Part shown: piece by piece, positions 17,133-26,501 of the stretch
How positions within the stretch are numbered: the first letter of the stretch is position 1
Layout of the letters: every line of letters begins with the position of its first letter
From: Bacteroidetes bacterium UBA6161
Lineage (GTDB): Bacteria > Bacteroidota > Bacteroidia > NS11-12g > UBA955
Assembly: GCA_002422315.1 (NCBI GenBank)
Contig: DIUJ01000051.1
Coordinates: forward strand, 24,887-88,886
DNA: 64,000 bases
Direction: 5' to 3'
Notes under the pieces: model-generated
What the model was told of the DNA's origin: nothing
Databases searched by the model: none
What the model saw: the letters and a program-made list of their open reading frames with translations, nothing else
Position numbers and translations under genes: made by a program

Positions 17133-18656
17133 CTATTCTTCTCCGTTTATGGTTTCCATTATTTCTTTAAAGCTATTTAATCCTGCTTCAATATTTTCAA
17201 TGATTTCGTTTGCTAATACATCAGGGTCTGGCAAGTTATCTAAGTCGGTGAGGCTTTTGTCCTTTATCCAAAATATGTCTAAGTTGGTTTTGTCACGCTC
17301 AATGATTTCCTGGTACTTGAATTTTCTCCAACGTCCTTCAGGGTTTTCTTCGCTCCACGTTTCTACTCTTTTGTTTCTGTTTTCGGGATTGTAGCATTTT
17401 ACAAAGTCTTTCAAATGCTCCGAAGTCATTGGGTTTTTCTTGAGTGTGTGGCTTATGTTACTGCGATAATCATAAATCCAGACTTCTTTTGTCCAAGGGT
17501 CTTTGGAAGCAGGTTTGTTGTCGAAAAACAACACATTTGCTTTTACACCTTGTGCATAGAAAATCCCTGTCGGCAATCGTAAAATGGTGTGTAGTTCGGT
17601 GGTTTTTAACAATTCTTTACGCACTGTCTCACCTGCACCACCTTCAAACAAAACATTGTCGGGCAAAACTACGGCTGCTTCGCCTGTGAGTTTGAGTAGC
17701 GTTTTTATGTGTTGCAAAAAGTTCAGTTGTTTGTTGGCTGTGGTTGCCACAAAGTCCTGACGGTTGATAATGTAGTCTTGCTTTTCTTGTTTGCCTTCTT
17801 CGTTGGTAATGGTCATACTGCTTTTTTTACCAAAAGGCGGATTGGCAAGTACATAATCAAAACGCTGACCATTGTCGGAAATCAAGGCATCTGCCGATGA
17901 AATCAAGGGCTCGCCATCTATCTCGCCAATGTTGTGCAGAAACATATTCATCAAGCACATTCTGCGGGTGTTGGCTACAATCTCGTTTCCGTAAAATGTT
18001 TTATTTTTCAAAAACTCTTTTTCCTCTTTGTCTAATTCATGGGCTTTGATAAAATCATAAGCCGCCAAAAAGAAACCGCCCGTGCCACAAGCAGGGTCAT
18101 TTATGGTTCGCATGGGTTTGGGGCGAACACAAGCCACCATAGCTTTGATTAAGGAACGAGGCGTAAAATATTGTCCTGCACCTGAGCTTCCACTACTATC
18201 CATAGCGTTTTTCTCTAAAAGGCCTTCGTATATTTTCCCTTTGATGTCTGCACCCATCAATGTCCATTCCTCTTTGTCAATCATATCAATGATTTTTAAA
18301 AGCCTGGAAGGGTCTTGAATTTTGTTTTGGCTCTTGACGAATATCTGACCTAATGTGCCTTTTTCACTTCCCAAACTGCGAAGCATTTGGTTGTAAAAAG
18401 TTTCTAACTCCAAGCCACGTTTTTGCGAAAGCGTTTGCCAGTCGCAGGTTTCGCCTTTGGGGTCTTCTTCGCCTTGGGCGTTTTTTAGTTTGGGGAATTT
18501 TAGTCCTTTGCTGTATGGCGGCTTGTTGAGTTCATCTGCCATTTTCAGGAAAAGCAAATAGGTGATTTGCTCCAGATAATCACCATAACCCACGCCATCA
18601 TCACGAAGGACATTGGCGAAATTCCACACTTTTGATACGATTGCACTTTCTGACAT
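17133..18656 (-). CDS. hsdM: Type I restriction-modification system, DNA methyltransferase subunit M
   Basis: HsdM N-terminal domain (VWNFANVLRDDG...YLEQITYLLFLK), SAM motif DPACGTGGF, catalytic NPPFG. Confidence 0.93.
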   Translation of the reverse strand: MSESAIVSKVWNFANVLRDDGVGYGDYLEQITYLLFLKMADELNKPPYSKGLKFPKLKNAQGEEDPKGETCDWQTLSQKRGLELETFYNQMLRSLGSEKGTLGQIFVKSQNKIQDPSRLLKIIDMIDKEEWTLMGADIKGKIYEGLLEKNAMDSSGSSGAGQYFTPRSLIKAMVACVRPKPMRTINDPACGTGGFFLAAYDFIKAHELDKEEKEFLKNKTFYGNEIVANTRRMCLMNMFLHNIGEIDGEPLISSADALISDNGQRFDYVLANPPFGKKSSMTITNEEGKQEKQDYIINRQDFVATTANKQLNFLQHIKTLLKLTGEAAVVLPDNVLFEGGAGETVRKELLKTTELHTILRLPTGIFYAQGVKANVLFFDNKPASKDPWTKEVWIYDYRSNISHTLKKNPMTSEHLKDFVKCYNPENRNKRVETWSEENPEGRWRKFKYQEIIERDKTNLDIFWIKDKSLTDLDNLPDPDVLANEIIENIEAGLNSFKEIMETINGEE

Positions 18657-18657
18657 A

Positions 18658-18978
18658 TTATTCGCTTTCTAATTCTGTAATTAATTCGACAATGTTCTTT
18701 GGAGTTAAAAATTCCGTTTTAAAGTATTCAGAATAATTTTTTCTAATTTCCCGTCTATAAATTGAAGCTTCTTTACCTAAAGTGTTTGCCTGTTCTTCCT
18801 CAATTAACTGGTAACCTTTTATTGCTTTTAATGATATTGATAGCCTGTTTTTAAATTTTTTATTATCTCTTTCGAGTTGACGAATTTTCTTAATATCACG
18901 CTGGAGAATAAAACTCGTTATAATCCCAACTAAGGCTACAATTAAGCCGCCAATTGCTATAAAATCTGAACTGTTCAT
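18658..18978 (-). CDS. Small single-pass membrane/coiled-coil protein (106 aa from the ATG at 18978) wedged between hsdS and hsdM
   Basis: MNSSDFIAIGGLIVALVGIITSFIL is a TM helix, followed by a charged helical tail. There are 1-nt gaps to both neighbours. The longer track ORF (to 19107) would overlap hsdS. Confidence 0.5.
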   Translation of the reverse strand: MNSSDFIAIGGLIVALVGIITSFILQRDIKKIRQLERDNKKFKNRLSISLKAIKGYQLIEEEQANTLGKEASIYRREIRKNYSEYFKTEFLTPKNIVELITELESE

Positions 18979-18979
18979 A

Positions 18980-20497
18980 CTATTTCTTGCTTTTCTTTTT
19001 AATGGTTGATTTTTTCTTCTCTTGTTCTTTTGCCAATTTCTCGGCTTGTATTTTTTTGAGCAATTCGCTGGCAGGTTCGTAATCTGCTGCGGCTTTGCAC
19101 TGGGCAATTTCTGCCTGGCTTAGTAGCTTGCCTTCAAAGGCTTTTTTGAGAATGCTTTGGCGAAGGGCTTCGGCTTTTTCTATGCTTTCGTTTATGCTTT
19201 GCTCCATTTTATCGCAAACCGATAAACGGCTTTCTATTTCTTGAACGATTTGGGTTTGTTCTTGAAGTGAACAGATATTAATATGAACACTTCGTACAGA
19301 TATTTTATCAATTGTTGGATTACCAACACCTTTCACGTACGATTTTATTTCTTTTTCTTGATGGAAATTTTTCAATTGATAAAATAAAAACTGACTTGAT
19401 ATTAATTTAATTCTTAAGGCAAATAAATTCATAGCCAAAGAAGCTTTACGATTAAGCATTGGCATTAAATAAACTCTACCAGCATTTCCGATTTTACCAA
19501 TTAAAATTTCATTGCCATACAATTTTGATTTAGAGAGAAAATTGTAACCGTGTTTGTTCACATATTTCAAGTCGTTTTTAAAATCTTGCTTCTCAAAATT
19601 TGTTGCCCTTATCATAATTGCATAATCAGGTATATCAGTAAGTGTAACATTTGATTTTAAAACTTCATAGCTTCCGTTTGCGTGATAATCTGTTAAATCT
19701 GAAATTACATCAGCAATTTGGCATTTACTCCAATTAACTGGGGTTTTGAATTCTGCTTTGTAATCGGAAATTACAGATATATCCAATTTGCTTGGTTTTC
19801 TTGGCTTAGTTTCAACCTTCCCATTCTTCTCCCAATCTTTCACCGCTTTTTTCCAATCTTCCATTTGTTGGTTGTAGTGGTTTTGGCGTTCTTCTTTTAT
19901 TTGTTTTAAAAGTGCTGACGCTGTGGGTAGGTGGGTTTGTTTTGCTCGCCATTCTTTGGTGAGTTCGCCCTCAAACGCCTTTTTCAACACCGCCTGCCGA
20001 TACACTTTCAGTTGCTCTTGTGCTTTTTTAAAATTGGCTATGCCGTTGTCTAAATCGGAAAAGAGTTCTTCTGTTTTTGATAAAATAGCATTTTGCACCA
20101 CCAATGGCGGAAGCAGTATTTTTTTCTTTGCGTAGACAGAAATCCAATACCTTTTGTGTGTGTCGTTACGCACTCGGTTTACTTGTATGCAGTTGAACAA
20201 ATACTTCATATTTACAAGTTTGCTCGTTGGTACAAGTATTTTCATTGCAGAAGATTTCACCTTAAATGGAAAATCTACAAATTGAGTTGCGGTAGTGAAA
20301 TCATCAAAAATAATGGTTGGCAATTCATTAAAAATGCCGTCTGTTTCATTTGTGTAACCTTTAATAAATGATTTGCCCGCTGTCAATACAGGGGTTTTAA
20401 AATTATCACTATACTTCGTACTTTTTACTATGTATTTTGTCGGTTGTTCATAGTCCAACAAATCTTCAAAAGTGCATTCAATCCAATCTTCTCTCAT
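18980..20497 (-). CDS. hsdS: Type I restriction-modification system, specificity subunit S
   Basis: Two variable target-recognition regions separated by the duplicated conserved helices YRQAVLKKAFEGELT and LRQSILKKAFEGKLL. Confidence 0.9.
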   Translation of the reverse strand: MREDWIECTFEDLLDYEQPTKYIVKSTKYSDNFKTPVLTAGKSFIKGYTNETDGIFNELPTIIFDDFTTATQFVDFPFKVKSSAMKILVPTSKLVNMKYLFNCIQVNRVRNDTHKRYWISVYAKKKILLPPLVVQNAILSKTEELFSDLDNGIANFKKAQEQLKVYRQAVLKKAFEGELTKEWRAKQTHLPTASALLKQIKEERQNHYNQQMEDWKKAVKDWEKNGKVETKPRKPSKLDISVISDYKAEFKTPVNWSKCQIADVISDLTDYHANGSYEVLKSNVTLTDIPDYAIMIRATNFEKQDFKNDLKYVNKHGYNFLSKSKLYGNEILIGKIGNAGRVYLMPMLNRKASLAMNLFALRIKLISSQFLFYQLKNFHQEKEIKSYVKGVGNPTIDKISVRSVHINICSLQEQTQIVQEIESRLSVCDKMEQSINESIEKAEALRQSILKKAFEGKLLSQAEIAQCKAAADYEPASELLKKIQAEKLAKEQEKKKSTIKKKSKK

Positions 20498-20500
20498 ATC

Positions 20501-21769
20501 CTACTTAGTCATTATTTTTTCAACTACACTTGTTACACTTCCAGGCATTGAGGGAGAAGAATCATCTTTTAGTAAGCCTGTATCTGCTCTACTGAATAGA
20601 GATTGTAAAACTAATTGCCTGTCGGCATCTTCAACATTGCCATCTTTCTTTAATGCTAAGTATAAATAAGTTAATTGTTCTCGTTCTTCGGCATCACGTG
20701 CTAAGTGAAATGAGCTAAAACTCAATTTGGCTAAAATCCTAATTCCATAAGCCAATAATGAAATGAATGTAATAAAAACGATTGACCATTTAATTGCTGT
20801 ACCTGCACTTTCAAATATTTTACCAATTGAATCATTGGCAATTGTACCCAATAGAAAATACAATAACCCTGTCGCAAAGACAACCAAAGCAACCAACCAC
20901 ATTATATATTTTTTACCATCACGTTTTAAAGCCAAAACTCTTTTGCTCCAATAATCGGCAGGCGATTTTAATCGTAATAAATCTCTATAAGTTTTCTCTA
21001 AATCTGTGCGGTGTTTTAATGTATCGTCAACAAATTTTTGATGATTGTTTTTTGCCTCATCATACCAAGTATCGAACGATGTTTCTTTGTCTTGCTTTGT
21101 TTCATCAATAGATTTTGCATAGTGTTCACTCTTTTGTTTTGCCTCAGCTAAATAACTATTTAAATGCTCTTCAGATTTGGATAAATATTTACTAAAGTCA
21201 TTTCTAATTTTCGATAATGAAGACTTTTCTGCATTTCGTCTTTCAGCAATATCAGTATGGTCTTTTCTTATAAACTCGTATGCGATTAAGTAGGCAGTTA
21301 AACTTTTAGCGTTGTTTGGCGAAATGTTTTGATTGGTCGAAAAGGCATTAAGGAAATTGAAAATTTCTTGGTTGTATTCTGGTTGTTCAACATTTACTTT
21401 TATTAAAAAATCAGTTTCAGGGCAGTCATATGTATAAGTATTAGTTGCTTGATTTAAGATATTCTTAGAAATATTATCCCATTTGTTTACCAACTGGTTT
21501 TCATTCCAAGAGGATGAATTTGCTATTATTTGCTCTAAACTGGCTATTGAAGTTTTAAAGTAATTTATTGAAGTTTGAAGAGTAGAAGGTACATTTTCCA
21601 TAGAAGTCCAACCATCATATTGCTTTTTAAAATAAAGATAAATAGCAGAAAAGGATTCTAATCTTTCATTAATTCTTACTAGATTGAAATTTATATCGAC
21701 ACTAACCTTATCGAACCATTCTGGTGATTGAGAGTTGCTTATAGCTGTTCTAAGTTCTTTTATAGTCAT
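20501..21769 (-). CDS. Uncharacterised protein: ~310-aa soluble N-terminal region, two TM helices and a ~75-aa conserved-looking tail (422 aa from the ATG at 21769)
   Basis: TM segments YIMWLVALVVFATGLLYFLLGTI and WSIVFITFISLLAYGIRILAKL. The upstream extension in the track ORF overlaps the preceding gene, so ATG 21769 is preferred. Confidence 0.6.
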   Translation of the reverse strand: MTIKELRTAISNSQSPEWFDKVSVDINFNLVRINERLESFSAIYLYFKKQYDGWTSMENVPSTLQTSINYFKTSIASLEQIIANSSSWNENQLVNKWDNISKNILNQATNTYTYDCPETDFLIKVNVEQPEYNQEIFNFLNAFSTNQNISPNNAKSLTAYLIAYEFIRKDHTDIAERRNAEKSSLSKIRNDFSKYLSKSEEHLNSYLAEAKQKSEHYAKSIDETKQDKETSFDTWYDEAKNNHQKFVDDTLKHRTDLEKTYRDLLRLKSPADYWSKRVLALKRDGKKYIMWLVALVVFATGLLYFLLGTIANDSIGKIFESAGTAIKWSIVFITFISLLAYGIRILAKLSFSSFHLARDAEEREQLTYLYLALKKDGNVEDADRQLVLQSLFSRADTGLLKDDSSPSMPGSVTSVVEKIMTK

Positions 21770-21783
21770 TGTTAAACTGATGA

Positions 21784-22614
21784 TTAAAATAATTGGGTTT
21801 GTATTTCTCTTTTTGGATAGAACACACCAATAATGACAAAAGGATTTTTTGACCTTCGGGTGTGCCATTCTTTGGTGGTACCCAAAAAGAAATAGAGATC
21901 TTTGTTGTTGATAAAGTTGGTTTCGTATTGTTCACGCACTTTTTCAAGAGCTTGTTCTTCGTTACCATTAGCACTTTTTAAGCATTTCCAATATAATTGT
22001 CCTATTTCCCAATCTTCAATCATCAGATTGCTTATTTTTCCCGTTTCATCTTCAAATTTGTATTTAAACTTAAAAGGCACTTTAGGGAAAGGCTCTTTTT
22101 CGGAGTTGTTTTCTTTGGGAAACAAAGTTATTTGGTTTTGCAAAGCTTTCCACACTGGTTTCCAATCGTCTTCGTCTTTCTCTATAATCAGCTTATGTAT
22201 TTTAGTTGGTTTAAAAGTAGCCAACGATTTGTTTTTAGGGGCTTTGCTTTCATCAATTAAGGTTTGCAAATTGGTATAGACATTGTTCAAGCAAAGTTGC
22301 TTTCTAATATGCCAATTGCTATCTGTATTAATGGTTTCGCCTATGACCAAATCCTTAAATTCATAATCTTGTGGCGAAAAACTTTCGGGTCTAAAGTCGT
22401 CTGTTCTTTCTTTTAAATCGAGCTCAATCCAAGTATATTTGGTTTGTTTAACTTTCCCCATTGATTTTAAACCCTTCAAAAAACTCAAAGGCATAGGATA
22501 AATTCGTAACCATTCGCCATTTTCCAAAACGCCTGCTGTACATACCAATTCATCATAACTTCTAGAGGGAAGTGGATAAGTGGTAACTGTTAGTAAGACT
22601 TTTTTACGAGGCAT
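21784..22614 (-). CDS. Uncharacterised 276-aa protein embedded in the type I R-M operon
   Basis: Long uninterrupted ORF, 2 nt downstream of the DUF488 gene and 14 nt upstream of the next gene. I recognise no motif. Confidence 0.6.
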   Translation of the reverse strand: MPRKKVLLTVTTYPLPSRSYDELVCTAGVLENGEWLRIYPMPLSFLKGLKSMGKVKQTKYTWIELDLKERTDDFRPESFSPQDYEFKDLVIGETINTDSNWHIRKQLCLNNVYTNLQTLIDESKAPKNKSLATFKPTKIHKLIIEKDEDDWKPVWKALQNQITLFPKENNSEKEPFPKVPFKFKYKFEDETGKISNLMIEDWEIGQLYWKCLKSANGNEEQALEKVREQYETNFINNKDLYFFLGTTKEWHTRRSKNPFVIIGVFYPKREIQTQLF

Positions 22615-22616
22615 TG

Positions 22617-23501
22617 TTATAAATGAATAAGTTCATAATTAAATTGGGGTAATTCACATATTGCCTCTGCTAAGTGTTTGCGGTGGCATTGGCAAATGTC
22701 TTTTTCAAAACACGTAATTGCGACCCTGCTGTGTTCTTTAATTAGGTTAAGAATCTTTTCTTGTTCAGTTAGTGTTTTCGGAATTACTGTTTTTTTATAT
22801 TCTTCAAACAATACATCATAATCTTTTTGGGTGTTTAATTCTTTTCTTTTATCTGAAACAATACCCACCTCAGGTATATGTAAAAATTGTATTCCCACCC
22901 CTTCGCAAGCCATTTTTAATTGTGATTTGCTAAAACCATACTTCATACTGAAAGAATTTTTGCGCACATCACACAACACTTTTACATCAGCTTTTATTAA
23001 TTTATTTAGATATTGCTCAATACTAACACCCTCGTAACCAATTGTAAAAAGAGCATTTGTTTTAGAAGAGGGCTTTTGTTTTTCTACCTTTTCAAGTTCT
23101 TCTACACTTAATATATGATGAGCAATTTTACTATTTATAGCATAATAGGGATGGTTTCGATAGGTATGTTTTATTAAATAATCAGATGATTTACCACTAA
23201 AATTATTTTTTAATTCTAGTAATGCCTTTTTATCTTCTAATGTCAATTCTCCTAAATAGGTTTGGTTTGTAGTTTTTTTCCAGTATTTTTCACCTTCCTC
23301 TACCCATTCATATTTTTTCATTGTTGCTAAGTCTGCATTAGCTTGAAATGAAAAACAGCCATATTTATAGGGTACAAAGTTATAACTTGGATTTTTTTGA
23401 TAGATTCCAAAAAGCATCAATAACTTTTGAAGTTGAAATTTTTCGAGCTCTCCTCCAAAGGTTTCTATAAGTGACAATATAATTTTTCTTCTATAGTACA
23501 T
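22617..23501 (-). CDS. DUF488 domain protein with an N-terminal ~140-aa extension (possible Panacea/SocA-like winged helix)
   Basis: The C-terminal half, FTIGYEGVSIEQYLNKLIKADVKVLCDVRKNSFSMKYGFSKSQLKMACEGVGIQFLHIPEVG, fits the DUF488 pattern (TIGhs...DVR..P.S....F....L). The N-terminal QLQKLLMLFG...VPYKYGCFS resembles DUF4065/Panacea. Confidence 0.65.
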   Translation of the reverse strand: MYYRRKIILSLIETFGGELEKFQLQKLLMLFGIYQKNPSYNFVPYKYGCFSFQANADLATMKKYEWVEEGEKYWKKTTNQTYLGELTLEDKKALLELKNNFSGKSSDYLIKHTYRNHPYYAINSKIAHHILSVEELEKVEKQKPSSKTNALFTIGYEGVSIEQYLNKLIKADVKVLCDVRKNSFSMKYGFSKSQLKMACEGVGIQFLHIPEVGIVSDKRKELNTQKDYDVLFEEYKKTVIPKTLTEQEKILNLIKEHSRVAITCFEKDICQCHRKHLAEAICELPQFNYELIHL

Positions 23502-23538
23502 TTAATTCTATTTTTTTTTAAAAAGCAAAGTTAAAGAT

Positions 23539-26352
23539 TTACGCTGCCAACACCTCGTTTAATTCTTCAATAATCTGCGTCATTTCAGCACCAAAAAGTT
23601 GGTACATTCTGCCTCGTCCGCCCTTTTCGTCAAAGGGTGTAAGGTCAAGGTCTTCAACTTCAATGTGATACGAGTTTACGACGTGATTTTTTAGGTCACG
23701 TAGCCAGTCCATTTGTTCTTTTGTAAATCGGTTGTGCTTGCCTGCATTTTGTTTAAAAATCCAGTTTTTAAAATTATCGTCAATGGTTTTGTCAAAAGGT
23801 TTTAGTTCGCTGTCTATACCGCAAGCCCTTCGTATGAGAGAAACCAAAGAAGTCAATTCGTCAATCGGTTGTTTGCTTTTCACATCTTCCAATTGGCTGT
23901 ATGCTGCCCAAACATAATCTGGGGCAAGCATTGGTTTGTCTAACTTCAACTTGTCAAACACTTCCTTTATCATTTTAAAGGTAATGTTTCTGCGGTTGTA
24001 GGGTTGTTTGTAAAAAATAGTAAGTGCTGCAACTTCGTCTTTATTTGCTTCCAGATATTCGCTAAAATCTTTTACAATTTCCTTTGCCTTATCCACCGAA
24101 GTGGTGTCCCATTCCGATTTGGTTACGGTGTCTATGTTGTGGCTGTCTATGATTTGCTCGTGTTCTTGATGAACTTTTTCAATGTAATCGTTCAGTTTGC
24201 CATTGAAGGTAGAAGCAGCCGTTTCTATCAATTCCTTTTGTGCCGTTTGCTTCGCATGTTCTATCAAAGCAGGGTTGCGGTCTTGCTCAGGAATGGATTC
24301 AATAATGAGTTTTGCCTTTTCTTCAATTTCGTCTTGGTCAAAAGCCGATAGCAATTCCTTGCTGATTTGTTTCAGATTTTTGCCCTTGCTGTGTTCCAGT
24401 AGTTTCTCTTTTTCCTTGTCAGTGATTTGCTTTTCCAAACGGATAAGACGGTTTGCCAACGAAAGAAACAAATCTTCTTCGGCTACCCCCATAGTAACCG
24501 CTCCCAAAAGGTCTTTGAGTGCTACGGTGGGTTTGCGTTCCAGTGGTCGGCTATCAGTTTTCTTGGATTTGATAACGCCTACGGCATCTACAATGATAAA
24601 ATGAGTTTTGGCACCAGCGGTTTTCGATACCATTTGCAAAGCATCTTTGTTAATGGTGCGTGTGCCTCTGCCTTTCATTTGCTCAAAGTAGTTCACGCTT
24701 TTTACATCACGCATAAAGAGCAGCACTTCCAAAGGTTTTACATCCGTGCCTGTGGCAATCATATCTACCGTAACGGCAATGCGTGGGTAGTAGGAATTGC
24801 GGAAACGATTCAGCACCGATTTGGGGTCTTCTTGTATTTTGTAAGTGAGTTTTTTGCAGAAGTCGTCTCCTTCATCAAATTCATTCCGAATGATTTTGAT
24901 AATATCGTCTGCATGGCTATCGGTTTTGGCAAATACTAAGGTTTTTGGTACTTCGTATTCTCCGTTTTCGTCTTTTCGGTTGGGGAAAATTTCGGTTTGC
25001 AAGGCCTTTTTAAACTCTCGGATAATGTTTCGGATTTGGCTTGGGTTTACTACCTTTTTATCCAGTTCGTTTCGGGTATATTCGGTGTCTTCGTCTTCTT
25101 GTGCCCAGCGGGTTTTTCGGGTGAGTTTGTCTCGTCTGTCCACATACCAACCTGCCTGAATTTTACTGCCTTTTTGCGAAATATCCGTTTCAATGGTGTA
25201 GACATCATAGGGTACATTTACGCCATCCACTACCGATTCCTCATAAGTGTATTCACTCACCACATTTTCCTCAAAAAAACCAAAGGTTCGTTTGTCTGGT
25301 GTAGCAGTTAAACCAATCAGAAAAGCATCAAAATAATCCAATACTTGTTTCCAAAGGTTGTAAATAGAACGGTGGCACTCATCAATTACAATAAAATCAA
25401 ATTGTTCAATCGGCACTTTGGGGTTGTAATCCACCGGAATGGCTTGTTTCTTTTCCCTTTGTTGCTCCATCCAAGTAGATTCATTCGGGTTGGTATCTTC
25501 TGCACCTTCTTCCAGTTCTTCGCCTTTTAAAATGGCATACATCCGTTGAATGGTAGAAATGCACACTTGACTATCAGAAGCGATATAGCTTGAAGTCAAA
25601 CGCTGTACATTGTATAGCTCTGTAAATTTGCGGTTGCTTTCATTGGGTTGGAAAGCCATAAATTCTTGCTCGGCTTGTTCGCCCAAATTTTTGGTGTCCA
25701 CCAAAAACAAAATGCGTTTGGCTTTGGCGTGTTCCAATAAGCGATAGACAAACGTGGCAGCCGTAAATGTCTTTCCTGCACCCGTAGCCATTTGAATCAA
25801 GGCTTTGGGTTTGTTCTTTTTGAAAGAAGTTTCCAGATTTTTAATCGCCATAATTTGAGCAGGGCGAAGCCCTGCCTCATTTAAAGCAGGAATATCTAAC
25901 AATCTTGCGCGTAAACTTTTGTCTTTTTGCAACCAGTCTGCCAGCGTTTCGGGTTTGAAAAACCAAAACAGGTTTCTACCTCTTGGTTTAGGGTCTCTCA
26001 AATCTCTAAAGCGTGTAATTGTCCCTGTGCTTTCAAACACAAAAGGTAAAGGGTCGTTGTCTAAATATTTCAGTTTAGCGTTGGCATATTCTAGGGATTG
26101 GTCTTCTGCAACAGTGAGTTTATGTCCTTCGTCTGCTTTTTTGGCTTCAATAATTCCAACAGGTTTTTTGTCTACAAAAAGTACATAGTCTGCAAAGCCC
26201 GAAGCAGCTTGATACTCTCTCACGGCAACACCTCTGCCAGCTCCTAAGTCCACTTCGTTTTTTGATTGAACAATCCAACCCGCTTCTTTCAACATAAAGT
26301 CGATTTTGTCTCGTGCAATTTGTTCAGGATTTTGATTTTTATCTATACTCAT
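23539..26352 (-). CDS. hsdR: Type I restriction-modification system, restriction/helicase subunit R
   Basis: N-terminal PD-(D/E)xK region (ADYVLFVDKKPVGIIEAKK), SF2 motif I QMATGAGKTFTA, motif II VIDECHRS, downstream helicase motifs (GLTATP, MIATGTDV). Confidence 0.93.
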   Translation of the reverse strand: MSIDKNQNPEQIARDKIDFMLKEAGWIVQSKNEVDLGAGRGVAVREYQAASGFADYVLFVDKKPVGIIEAKKADEGHKLTVAEDQSLEYANAKLKYLDNDPLPFVFESTGTITRFRDLRDPKPRGRNLFWFFKPETLADWLQKDKSLRARLLDIPALNEAGLRPAQIMAIKNLETSFKKNKPKALIQMATGAGKTFTAATFVYRLLEHAKAKRILFLVDTKNLGEQAEQEFMAFQPNESNRKFTELYNVQRLTSSYIASDSQVCISTIQRMYAILKGEELEEGAEDTNPNESTWMEQQREKKQAIPVDYNPKVPIEQFDFIVIDECHRSIYNLWKQVLDYFDAFLIGLTATPDKRTFGFFEENVVSEYTYEESVVDGVNVPYDVYTIETDISQKGSKIQAGWYVDRRDKLTRKTRWAQEDEDTEYTRNELDKKVVNPSQIRNIIREFKKALQTEIFPNRKDENGEYEVPKTLVFAKTDSHADDIIKIIRNEFDEGDDFCKKLTYKIQEDPKSVLNRFRNSYYPRIAVTVDMIATGTDVKPLEVLLFMRDVKSVNYFEQMKGRGTRTINKDALQMVSKTAGAKTHFIIVDAVGVIKSKKTDSRPLERKPTVALKDLLGAVTMGVAEEDLFLSLANRLIRLEKQITDKEKEKLLEHSKGKNLKQISKELLSAFDQDEIEEKAKLIIESIPEQDRNPALIEHAKQTAQKELIETAASTFNGKLNDYIEKVHQEHEQIIDSHNIDTVTKSEWDTTSVDKAKEIVKDFSEYLEANKDEVAALTIFYKQPYNRRNITFKMIKEVFDKLKLDKPMLAPDYVWAAYSQLEDVKSKQPIDELTSLVSLIRRACGIDSELKPFDKTIDDNFKNWIFKQNAGKHNRFTKEQMDWLRDLKNHVVNSYHIEVEDLDLTPFDEKGGRGRMYQLFGAEMTQIIEELNEVLAA

Positions 26353-26487
26353 ATTGTCGTCTGTCTATGGTGCTTTGGCAAAAAACAGCTCTTTTAGTTT
26401 TTTCAGCCTTGGCTTTGTATGTCGGCATAAACCAAATGTGCTGTTTGTGCGTTTGCCTTTTTACAATGCCGCCCAACTCTTTTATAC

Positions 26488-26501
26488 ACGCAATATTGCG
26501 T
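26488..26501. promoter_or_regulatory. Perfect 14-bp palindrome ACGCAATATTGCGT in the hsdR/arsR divergent intergenic region
   Basis: Read directly. A related imperfect palindrome, TCGTAATATTGCGA, lies at 26773-26786 and abuts the arsR ATG. Confidence 0.35.

Noticed and set aside
18980-20497. Phase-variable hsdS (shufflon-type) system
   Set aside because: Only one hsdS gene is present, with no silent hsdS fragments, no inverted hsdS repeats and no adjacent recombinase. The internal direct repeat is the normal duplicated conserved region of HsdS.
23732-26188. Numerous 60-170-aa + strand ORFs inside hsdR (e.g. 24004-24351, 24197-24604, 24427-24939, 24845-25159, 24997-25311)
   Set aside because: All are antisense to a gene with unambiguous helicase and nuclease motifs. 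They overlap each other in different frames and have low-complexity, Phe/Leu/Ser-rich translations typical of antisense frames.
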